Position numbers and translations under genes: made by a program. Of a DNA stretch of 64,000 nt, positions 11,751 to 54,602 are shown piece after piece (the first letter of the stretch is position 1; each line of letters opens with the position of its first letter). The notes below the pieces were generated by a model that worked only from the letters and a program-made list of their open reading frames with translations, was not told the origin of the DNA and did not search any database. Source of the stretch: Phallusia mammillata (taxonomy: Eukaryota); contig OZ281498.1 of the NCBI GenBank assembly GCA_965637545.1, forward strand, positions 12,338,001 through 12,402,000, written 5' to 3'.

Positions 11751-13009
11751 ATGGATGATAATTCGAGCGACAACAACAATGAGGCGATTACAGTTGACCA
11801 GCAAAGCGAAAGTGATCGTGAAGGCCGGGTTGTTGAGGAACAACCAGCAAGACACATCAATTCCTCTACGCCGTGCGAAAATGGCCAGTCAAGCAGAACA
11901 CGAATGTCAACGGGATCACGTGTACGGAAGATTATTAATTGCAACAACAGCCAAGAAAAACTTGCCAAGGGTTGTTGTACATGTGGAATAGTTTGCATTG
12001 CTGCTGGGGGTGGCCTTATACTCGTCTACATAATGGGAGTATACACCCAGTTTTTCGGCGACCTATCGAATCTTAGCACCCTATCAATACCCGGGTTTTG
12101 CTTCTTTTTTGCAGGTGAATTTCTGTTTGATAACGCTAATATGTAGCATAAAAACTGATTAGGGCTACAAAAAACTATGCATTACGCAGAATGAACCCAG
12201 CGCTCGTTAAATTGACTAAAATTGGGTCTATTAACGTGACGTTATTGACAATTATCTGCGCGGTGTAATGTATTTCGAATAGGTAAAGGTACAGGTTAGT
12301 CATTATCAGATACGTAGATCCATTTGTGACATAACTTATATTTTGCACTGAAAACTACTCTTTATGCGTCGATGAAGTGATCACTGCATTTAATTGGCGT
12401 GATTGTTTACATTACAAATCCAATACAAAAAGTTGTATATATTGAATGAAGTAGAATAAAAAACTGCTGGAAGAGCTGAAAATTTTGTTGTATATATTGG
12501 TTTTAGGGATATTGTACGTTTCACAAAGCAAACCTAATGCCGCTAAATGCGTTTCAGGTCTCGTCGCTACCGTATTCGGAGTAATATTTTGCTGGGGTTG
12601 CCCGCAGCGAAGAAATAACGGACGTCCCAGAGTGACCGACAGGGATGCAAACGAAGCTGGATTTGGTTTACCAGGCTACTCCGATGCAAACGGTTACTTT
12701 AATCAAGGCTTAGTCCTTGACCCTCCACCTGCATACAACGACATACTTTCATGTAGTAGCAGCAGTAACACTAATTTACCACCAAGGGGGAGTGCGCTGC
12801 GTATGGAAGAAGTTTCCGTGCCTTCGGAGTGCAGTTCTAGTCAACAGCAGCCCCCAGCCTATGTGGAAGCTATTAAAGTAAAGTGGACAAAATCGTTCAA
12901 ACAAAAGACCGACAATACGGATAGCATCCAGGTTGAAACAGCTGATGTAGCACCACCTGCGTACGATGAGGATACACATTCGCCTTCAGCGTCAGAACAC
13001 GATTGCTAA
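11751..13009 (+). CDS. Two-TM Cys-rich protein with three PPAY motifs (paralog B, 271 aa, 2 exons)
   Basis: Exon 11751-12114 + exon 12558-13009, with the same phase-1 intron in TM2 Gly (SIPGFCFFFA-G-LVATVF). GCCTCG precedes TM1; PPPAY, PPAY and PPAY occur in the tail. Confidence 0.72.
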
Positions 13010-15289
13010 ATTATTGGCAAGTGGTAGACGCTCAAAGCTGAAAAGTTTTTGAACTAGTGCATGAATATTAATCCATCATTTGGCAAAGAGGCCGAGGGAG
13101 AAAACGTCAGTGCGTGTTTCCAGTCATCACACCAGTACACGCGTTTAGTTCCATAAAATGGAAATATGAAGTGTGAATAACAAAACGCAAACAGTTCATA
13201 AATTTGATTGTAAAAAGGCTATATTAAAGCTTCAAAGTCCCTCCACGGACTTCTATTTGCGTAGTTTGAAGCGTAGAGAAATTTAATTCACATAATCGAC
13301 ATGTGCAATTATACGGTGCCGCGCTTTTTGGAAGCTAAGTTAAGTACATATGCTGCGGGCACATTTTTATTGTTTGTTGGAAACTTTTGTATCTGTTCGT
13401 ATTTATAGTGCTCTGTACCGTCGTCCATGCGGTGCTTTAATATAAAAGGCACGGTACCGGTGTGAACAGTTCTGCCACTTTCTTCAATTTTCTTTTGTTG
13501 CGCTTGTTTTAGTTGATGCTTACCATTTTTTTCTAATTAAACAAGAGTTTTTATTGTGTTTCGGGTTTACATTTTTGTGAAAGGCGCAAAGATAACACCA
13601 GCTGATTTCCGGAAGTTTTGGGCAAAACGGTTTACATCAGCAACTGTTGCACAAACACTTATTGGTCCCATTTTACTTCCGGTGTAAACTTTACAAATCA
13701 AAACACAAAATCCACGCTTTTTGATGGAATTGATTGTAAAAATCCAAGTTTCAGACAGTTGAAATCGTTTGTAACCATTTAGCATTGAACTTGGTGTCAC
13801 TAAAACGATATCGTTTTTCAGTTGAAACAGGTCTTCTGTGTTGAAACAAGTTTCTTCTATGCAAATATAGCGTCTTTGTATTCGTGCTGTTTTACGTGGG
13901 GTTGCTCATTTACTTGCCAGACGCGTTGCATTTTACAGCGTCTTGGGATTTACAACCCCTGTGCTATACAGCACGGTTTAAAATGAAATTCTGGCTCAGT
14001 GGGCAACCAAGGTACAAATGATGGATAACAATTTACTAACTGTAATATTTTAGGACCTGCTTGGGTGCACATTTTGAATAATCTGCGTAAAACTCAACTT
14101 AAGACTTGTTTTGTTGTTGTCTGTTAGTTGCAGATAAGTATGCACGAGACGTGGTTGTGCTTTTCACGCGATCGCCAATTATAAACAATATGCTATATAT
14201 TATACAGACAAACCACAACAAATGCCATGTCCAATAAAATTTAAATATGGCGGACGTGTAAGATTAACAAAATACTCGTTAGTGCGACAGGTATCGGGAT
14301 TGGTTGCGCGTATATATTTGTACTGATTCAAAATGGTGAAGACAAAAGTAGAAAGTCCTACCGTTATCTTACACTGTGGAAACTAGAAGTATAAAATCTC
14401 CTGCTGCCATTAAACAAACAACATGGAAGGGACAAAAAGAAATTCACATTTATCAAGGTATATAAAAATTTGTCATTCAACCCAAAAGCGACCAAGTCAC
14501 CGAAAAAAGACCTACAACGCTGTTTTTGGGCCTAGTTGCTGCTGAAATCGTTTTTGGACCAGATGTTTTAGGAGCCAGTGTGAAACTTTTCTATACTAAC
14601 GTTGTCGTTTTTAGCAATTGCTTACAAGGAAGGATTGAATGCAATTTTGTGAGAGGCCAATCACAGCTATCCTGCTATAGAGTCCTGTGGAAAACGCTGG
14701 ACAAAAACGTGATGTGCTCCGAAGTCCATGCCTAATCATTTACTGAAAAAAGTCTTATTTACGGTAGTAGCCGACCTCATGATATTTTATTTGCCCAATC
14801 AGCCATAATCGCCTGTATTTTGACACACGAATTTTATTTCGCGTCACAAAATAATGAAACACAATTTCGCGTTCCAAAATGCCACAGCGCGTTAACATGA
14901 CGCCAAATGCTGCACAGATAACAGTGGATTTATGTACCACGCAGTGTTTGAGTCTTCTAGACGATAATATGAGTTTTGATGGAGTCGACATATACTCGTT
15001 TTTTCAATCCGCTGTAATCTTGCGCACAAACCTCATACGTTACAGCATTGGTAAACAACCTTTGGGCACTCTACGAGATGTGCAACAAACAAATACGCGT
15101 TAAGGCAAAGTGGCACCCCGACAATTGCAGCGACAACAGTACAAACCAAGCTTGTGGCGCAACGAATAGTTTTTTTTATTTAACGTACAGCAGCAACCCA
15201 ACAGAAACCTCCGTAAAAGTCTGACCCTCTCGTCCCACACAAGATTCTACGCGCGTCGTAAAAGTCGTACGATCGATCTCATAACTGCT

Positions 15290-46349
<31,060 letters not shown>

Positions 46350-46350
<1 letters not shown>

Positions 46351-46397
46351 TAAGGTCGAAATATTGGACCTAAACTACTGGCTGCAGACACCTTCAT
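46350..46397 (-). promoter_or_regulatory. 15-codon uORF (MKVSAASSLGPIFRP*) whose TAA overlaps the putative CHD ATG (TAATG)
   Basis: cttttctag|TTAC ATG AAG GTG..CCT TAATG AAG GTC CCT, read directly from the sequence. Confidence 0.5.
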
Positions 46398-49092
46398 GTA
46401 ACTAGAAAAGAATTAGGACAGAATGAAATCAATCCAGCAGCTTCTAACCATGCATAAAGCTACTGAACTGTGTGTGTTCCCTTTATAAGTATGAATACAT
46501 AACTTAAGTAATTTTAAGTTAGTTCTTTCCATAATGCTTGTAACACCTATACCTATCCATAACAATTGCAACACCTATACCTATCTATCAGATAGCTATT
46601 ATTAACAAGATTGGTAAATGTTTTGTACATGTTATCATACATATGAAAGACCGCTTCAAAACGTTGTATTATTTTCATTTTCTTGCAAACATTTTGTATT
46701 CTTTTATCAATAGTATTTAAGTCATTGTTTAGGACTACTTAAAGCCTTCAACATCCTATAAAAACAATCTAGACCTGTTAAAATTTGTAAGTTTGGGCTG
46801 CATGACAGTTGGGAGTCTTTTTTCTACCCTACTCAAAGTTTTCTTCTTGAATATTGTTATTAGACTTTTAAAAATACCAGCTTACATAACTTATGACAGT
46901 TAATTAAAAATAGCAAAAAAACAACAAAAAATTACCCTTTGGGCTAAGGTAACATAGTTCCTTTCAACTTAGTACCATCATTGTGCTTAAAAACTACAGA
47001 ATTGTATGTATTTAATTTTAGGGTGTGGTCAAGGTCAGCCATGTTTAGCTCGTAAAATAACAAATTACAGCAAAATATGCAAGTTTTTTGATTTTTAACA
47101 CAAAGTTTTAGCTGTTTCCACCGCATTTGTTGATTTTGTAGCCACTGTTTTGGTTGGAACTATTCAAAATTCGATCAAAACTAAGACAAAATGAATGCTG
47201 ATTTTTACGGTTTATAACATGTTTAGGTCTGCGAAACGCTGTATGGTCGCTATAACAACCAGATAAACGGCAACACGCTAAAAAACTGCAAAAAACAAAG
47301 ATACCATTGCAAGAGCAAACCTTGTTAGCGAACATCAAAACCACACATTGCCGCGGTCATAGGAAAACGAAGCGCCTTACAAACAGGTTACCATACGATT
47401 ATTTTTTCACAGCTGTCGAAGTTATTATTTTTTTCTTCGGGGAAAAGTTTTTTATAAAACCATGTGTAGTATATGGACGTAAAATAAACTTTTGAGTTGA
47501 GATTTGGATATAACTGGGCAACGCTAACAACTAAGCTTATTTTTTTAATTAAACAAAACTATAGAGACATTTTTTTTACAATACTTTTGTGATCAAAAAC
47601 AGAGATCCAAATTTTTAAACTTGTTTTTTTTCAAACCTGTTACGGCGCATCGACTGCACTACCTTTTCATGGAGCCTAGTTATGATGTGATAAAAATACG
47701 AGAAAACAACCCATTATATTGGCCATGTTTGTCCTGTGAGCACGGCGTTCTTGATTTTAATTGGGGAAATATGTTTGCAAATATTTTTTACCACTTGAAT
47801 CATTGGTTTGGGATAGCAAGTGGTAAAGCGTCTTGTAGTCACGACCAGTGATGCGCAGAAACCACCTTAAAATCTTTGGGGCAAAAGGATCCACAAGACC
47901 GAATCGAACCTAAAATACTCGTGATAATGGGTGTTTTGAACAAAATCTTATGTTGGTAGTGCAATTAAACTTGTTTATGACGTACCAAAAAAACTTATGA
48001 AGCTACACAAACTCCCGTAAATATTGTTTTATTTAGAAATTATTTGTTATAGCCTACATAGCCTAAAACAGGACCTAAAAACAATTTAATTTTGTTACAA
48101 TTTAAATGATTAGTTACAACCCTTTGAGCTTCGATTTCATACAACAACAGCAATAAAAAGAGACAAACAATAATCTTTATCCATTACTAGAAATGTGTAA
48201 AAAAGTCACTCATTTAGGAGCTTTTTTATTTTTAATTATTAGCGTTTGCAATAAGTCTTTAAGCCTATAGTCTGTGATGTTACAAACTGCCTTTGCCTAT
48301 TGACAAGTGCAATCCTGAAAATTAAGTTAATGGTCAGGCATCGCAAGTGGTAAAAACTAGAGATAAAACTGCAACGGGCATGTCTACAAAACGATACCAC
48401 CATTTGGTATGCTGTGCGTTTGGTACTATATAAGTAATGGTAGCTACAATCAATTTTACTGTTATTCGGCGATTTGTTTTGGTTCTTTTGTTTCCTATTT
48501 TTTTGCCAAAACGTCATTAAATAAATGGAAAATCAAAATATATGTCCTTTTTTGTGACAAAAAAACGCAAAAACATTTGTAATGAAACTCAAAAAATCCC
48601 GAAAGAACAGCAGCCAAGTACAAAAAACACAACTGCCATTGTTGTATGGCTAGTACGGCTATCGACCAAACCGGAAGGATAAGCAAGTGAAAATGTACAG
48701 GTAAGTTGACAGAAAAAATGCGTAAAGGCAACTGAGATACAAATTACAGCGTATTATAACTACAGAATTGGAACCATCTGGATTGCAGCATGTTGTAAAG
48801 ACAACAAAAAGTGGTCAGGTGTAGAGCTGACATTGCAAACAGCAAATACTGCGATTTCATATACCCATCCGGTTAAAGTTGTTTTTTAAGCTTTATAAAA
48901 ATATTTGTAGTCTGCAATGATTTTCTTTGCAGAAATTCGCCACGATTAAGATCCACCACCAAACTGTATTAAATAACCAACAAAGTGGCAGCGTATGTAC
49001 GAAACAGTTCTTATCATTTACAACGGACGCACGCTTTACTCTTTAGGTTTGTTTGGTCCCGAGTGTTTATTTTTCTGACACGTTTTATCGTT

Positions 49093-52000
49093 TTACGACA
49101 GGTAACCAGAACTGAAGGAATGTACATCCACGCTTGCTCTTGCGGATATGCAGTTTACTTCTCCTTCGTGGGAAGCAGAAACCGGGTCTCTGTGCAAGTC
49201 GACGTTTTCTGACTTTAGGTGACGTAACCGATCAAGAAAGGAGAAGGGGCTAATCAATGGAACAAACAACTGCTTAGATTAACCACAGAAAAAAGTAACA
49301 ACGGACAGGCATTTATTATACTCTTTGTTACTCCATGTTGTTGTTAAGAACCCTAATTACCTTTTGTAAATGAGGTAGGTCGCAAAAACAATCACGTTGA
49401 CGATAAATATTGATCCCAGCCCGAGCATGGCTTGAGCCCATGGACTTAATCTCGCCTTGGGAACCGATGTCGTTCCATTTTCTGAAATAATAAATTTTGC
49501 TTGTCACATGTACGTTTTGAAACATTTTGCAAAACTTTACACTTAAGTGGAACAAAGTAGGTAACCAGGGGCGTAAATATATATATTTTAAATCGTTTGG
49601 TTTTCATATCATTCGCTTGATGCACTTCCAAGAAGTCCTTTCTTTAGCAAAATAAATTCCACAATACGAATATTAGACGACAAAAAAGTTACTTCCAAAA
49701 CGGTTAAAATGTCCAAAAGGGTTCATTCGTTCGTGTAATACTTATTAAGCTTTTTCTATCTGTCAAATACATGGACAGTAAAACAAAGTTAAATCATATG
49801 CGAACTGAAAAATCCCTAAAAACGGAAAATGCTGCAAAAGTTACCATACCAATGCAGTCCGGCATTTCTATAGACCAAGTTCCATCGTTTTCGCATTTCC
49901 CAACATCATCGCCGACCAATATATAAGTTTCGACACAGGAATATTGCAGCAACGTGTCGAAGTTGAAACGTCTGTGTTCATCAAGGTAGGGGATTCCAGG
50001 ATTACCGCAGCCGGTTTCTGCAAGTAATTAACTTTTACTAAAATGAATGTAATTTTGGTTACAGTGATGCACAAAGGTTGGCTCTACCAATTGAGCTACA
50101 CTGGCGCAGTGGAGAAACCGCTGAAAGTCGAATCACAAGCACCACTGCCAGCCTTGTATGCTGCACATGTCAAAGCGCGAAACCCGGAAAGACTCCTGTA
50201 GTGGGTTCAAATCCCACCACAGGCGGTGCCTTGCCATATGGGAATGCTTGGGAGACGAGCTGCGAGCTGATTCGGAACACGCCTTTAATAGGCCTGGCGT
50301 ACTATGATTTATCGATACGTATGCCTAGATTGCTGGTCTGCATCGACGCTTCAGGGCTGATCCTGGTATGAATATGTTTATCTTAGCAAAACCGTACTTG
50401 TTTCGCATGTTTCTCCCTCATATCCGGGTGCGCAAATACATTCCCACTTGAAGTTGGGTTTTGGAACGCAAGTCGCTCCGAAGCGACAGGGCCCAGGTTG
50501 GCAAGGTGGGCTTTTTTCTGCAACATATGAGTATTACAAACAAAAAATATTTTTCTAAGAAAAGGGTTATGATTTCTGAAGATGCGCAGAATAATAAACG
50601 TTTTTTTAAAGGCAGTTGGGTCTTTGAAAAAGAAATATTTTGCGTAGTTTGTTACTTGTTTCACAGTTATCTCCCTCCCATTGTTCCGGGCAACGACAAG
50701 TGTATGCGTTGGGTTCAGCCGATTGAGAACAAACACCATTGTTCTGGCATGGCGAAGAATCGCATTCGTTGACGTCCGTTTGACATTGTATACCCACAAA
50801 CCTGAAGCAGCACAATTGAATCTTTTGGTACTCTTTAAAGTAATGTTTGATTACAGGTAACAATCTTTAGCTCGCACTTTGACATACCCAGGTTGGCATG
50901 TGCAGATGGCCGACAACATGTCCTCTGACAATGAACATTCGCCACCATTTTGGCAAGGTCCGGAACGACAAGGATCGTAGTTGTCTTGTTCTGATAACAT
51001 ACACTACTGTTTGACATTTGTTGTTCGTGTGCTTTGTTAACCCCAGTTTATTATATGAAGTAATCGTGGCCTGTTTGAGTAATACTATCAATACGCTTAA
51101 ACCGGATTCAAATTTATCATCATGCAGTACAAAAGTAAATACTTTAATACCATTAAAACAGTGGTTCCCAACCTGAGGTTTGCGGAACCAAACCAAGTCC
51201 GGTATTTTCCGCATGGAGTTTGAAAAATAAAGGCAAGTTTCAGTTATGAGTTGGCAAACTTTTGAAAAGACATTATAAAAGTGAACTACACAGAAGTTTT
51301 AAAATATGAAATCAAACCATACTTTGATATCCCATATTGAATCCTCGATAGTTGACCGAGTCGTCGCTGTAAAAGTGAACATCCAAAGTTCCCATTCCAA
51401 GAATGTGTGCTTCCGGCTTGTAAGCCCTTGGCAACAGAAGGTGTTCGGTTACGAAAAAACAGATTAAAGTCATGAGAGTGTGATTAATAAACGTGGGAGT
51501 CCAAAGGGAAACTCTCGAGACAAGTGGAGGAGTCGAGTCATTGTTTGTTAGGATTAATTTGGCGTGTGAAACGTTGGACAAATAACTATAAAATGCTCTC
51601 AACTTTCATTGAAGGCTCTTGACCACATGATAAGCTTAAACCCTGTTACATTGTATCGAGTAAGAAGGTCTGGCTGACCTCTGCTAAGAGAAAATTGAAG
51701 AATCTTGTACTAAAGGAATAATATAGCAAAGACAGGATTTTGGCTTCGAGACCTAAACATTTGTTTCGGTGAGCGATGATTTTTTAAAGCTGAGCAGATC
51801 TCTAAATATATGACCGACACCATACCACTAAACATGAAGTGACGAATTACAAAGTTTGCACGAGCATATAACTTAATTGTATAAATTTTAGCAGATTACA
51901 CTATTACTTGTACGTCAAATAAAACTCAAAGAAGTAGAATGTTACAAAATTTTCGGACAGGAACCGAAATAGCGTTATACGATATTCAGATATAGTTGGA

Positions 52001-53200
52001 CAGGCTGGCTTTCTGAGTTGCTATATACTATATATATGTGTATTTATATATATATTTCTATATGTGTTGTTTTAGTCTTGTTTGTGACGTGATAAATTGC
52101 CCTTGAAACATTCCCACGCAATCTTACAAAAAGTGATTTTCCGAATCTAAACTAAATTCATTCTGCATGTTGTTGTGGGAATACTTTCAAAAGGAATAAA
52201 TTGATTTTTAGTTGGTAACTCCACAGTTTAATACTGCCAAGGTATTTTTAGTTTTAGTTTTTAGTTTATAGCTTGGACCGCGAGTGCTCCAACAAATACC
52301 AAGGGACCGTTATAACAAAAAAATAAAAAAAGTTTGAGAACCGCTGGTCTACACGGACAGTCCATACTTACCCGCAATATTTTTTCCATCCAATTGAAGA
52401 GATAGAAACATTCAAATAATCGTAATCACACGTGATGTTGGAACCCTCTGCCCCGGGTTCGATTGATAAGTCAAAAAACTGAATCTAAAAACATGGTAAC
52501 AAACATGTATCAATACAGCAGTTGCGCTTGACTTCCGTTATATTTTACAACACTTAAAAAATAATTTTACATGTTTTCACAACAAACTAAAAAATCTGTC
52601 TATACCCGAAAGAATGTGTCTGCCTCGCCATGTACGACCCAGTGACAATCTTGATTACTCTCATATTTTCTTGTATGATCCTGTTCCGTCGGATAATTTG
52701 GAGACTTAATGTATCCCCACGTTCCAGACAAAACTCCGCCACATTCGTTGTTTGAAGACGCCTCTTGTGCATAAGCTGAAGCGATATTAAAACACTGTTA
52801 CGACACATGTAAAATATTATTATGAAGGACGTTCCAAAAAGGTACACATTATTCATTTTCAGGATTTTCTTTTGCCTCTTTGTTAGCGCTTGTCATGCAA
52901 ATTAGGGAACAATAAAATTTTATATTAGTTTAATCATTCGTTATTTAAAAGTATTTAACTGAAAAAACGAAAGACAGGAATATATCCTGGAATAAAACAA
53001 AGCGCTGAAAAGTACGAATATAGCCTACTGGTTTTTTCAAATGCATCTCATTGACGCCAAATGCGGTGAACATATATGTTGCTTACTTTGACTAAAAAAC
53101 AATTCTGCATCTTTTTTAGAAAACAGCGTGAGAGTAACTAACCTGTCGGAAACAGCAGTAACCCTACGAACCATGTCACCACTGCTGCCCAGCAGGTCAT
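49093..53200 (-). CDS. Signal-CUB-EGFx3-Sushi-TM receptor, paralog 3
   Basis: Signal exon 53143-53200 (MTCWAAVVTWFVGLLLFPT); CUB exons 52606-52775, 52372-52484 and 51323-51426; EGF exons 50.4-51.0 kb (DVNECDSSPCQNNG); Sushi ETGCGNPGIP..WSIEMPDC; TM AMLGLGSIFIVNVIVFATYLIY; tail ends SGYLS*. Confidence 0.82.
50075..50365. mobile_element. tRNA-derived SINE-like fragments (not an intact tRNA)
   Basis: A-box head GCCAGTGTAGCTCAATTGGTAGAGC on - (50081-50105); B-box hairpin gtgggttcaaatcccac on + (50201-50217); two blocks shared with 62866-62970. Confidence 0.55.
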
Positions 53201-54602
53201 TTTGATGTGTGTATGAAGGGGCACATAACTTTTTTTGCAAGAAGTAAAACCTTGGCACTAAATAACAATTTTCTGAAAATACAACAGTTATGAGAGCATT
53301 TCGTCGTATTTTTCTCTTTACCAACCGTATCTCACGATCATAAAAGATTTATGAATAACAATTGCTCACTATTTAATATAATGATTATTGAAGTTTACAA
53401 AATATTGTCCACAAACCTCAACTAATTTAAATTCTTCTGCTGAATTACCACTACAATCAGCCGCAAACACGCCTCTTCCCACAGGCACTTTGTTTCTTAC
53501 AATTTACCCACGAAAACGTCTTTCAAGTACTTAACACGCTACCAGCAGTAAGAAAACAACAGCTTCGGTGTACGCTGATTGTTGCGTAAGTCCGGCGAAC
53601 AATGCAAGCCAAGAGGTTTGCGTTCTTTGATTGATGTGGTTGTCCAAGGTAGTTTAACGAGAGGTACTCATTACTAGTGGCAAATGTTTCCAATCTTCCG
53701 GCACTAATTATTTCCTCTTGACAACAATGGTCAATGGCTCGCGGATAACAGTAAAACAAGTTTTGAATCCAGTGACGTGTAACGACTCGTGACGTCACAA
53801 AGATTTTAAATTCAGTCATGATTGTCAGCAAAATACAACGAACAGCCGAAGTGTAACATACAATAACAATTAGAAATCATAAAATTAAAACCTAGTATTA
53901 ATTTGTTTCAAGTTTTGATGTAAATATTAGGAAATAAAAAAATATTTTTAAGAAACACGATTTTGTCAGTAATCTAGCCGACCCGAAGTTTGTGCCATTT
54001 TGTACGCATGGCAGCCTACTGTTTTCCCTCAAATACTTTGCGATATATTCACGTGAGCACTGTGAAAATGCTTTTACATTTTCAAAACACTAATTACACA
54101 CGAATGCGAAGAATGTTTGCGATTTGTAGCTTATTATTTCAAATACTTTTAATTTACATGGGCATTGGCATAAACGTGGCGATTTATTGTCCGGGATAGC
54201 TTGCCAAGATAATTTTCTTGTTTAACAACGCATGGCTAGAATAAAATTCAATACTCATTTTCACTAAATGTTTCGACTTGTTGTAGTTTGTATACTTTAA
54301 TCAGTAGGTTCTAAATGGTTAACGTTGTTAACAAATGTTTAGTGACACAAAATTGTTTCGCAGGACAAACTACGGTCGAACATGAAATGAAATACAAAAG
54401 AACGACGAATAACAATTTTGGTTTCAAAATAAGCAACAGCTTTGGCAATTACAAACAATCAACCACCGTTTCTATTCTACCATAAACAGTGACAGGTATT
54501 TACATAACATATGACATAAAAAAGGATAGTAGTATAAGAGAAACAAATGTGCTGCAAAACGAGCATTGTAACAGAAAAGTATTGGGCTCACAAAATTGTT
54601 GT

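Noticed and set aside
13100-15150. Short ORFs, an aaatatggcgg YY1-like motif and scattered splice-like sites
   Set aside because: Could not assemble a convincing gene or recognise any domain.
47100-48990. Possible + strand exons (donor at ~48700, acceptor at ~48932) between CHD and receptor paralog 3
   Set aside because: Only very short ORFs result; a non-coding transcript cannot be supported without RNA data.
50075-50225. Possible tRNA gene
   Set aside because: The D-arm-like and T-arm-like parts are on opposite strands and no cloverleaf forms; treated as SINE debris.
51163-52346. cagtggttcccaacc ... tttgagaaccgctg as one hAT element capturing a CUB exon
   Set aside because: The flanks do not form a matching 8-bp TSD; more likely two separate MITE remnants.
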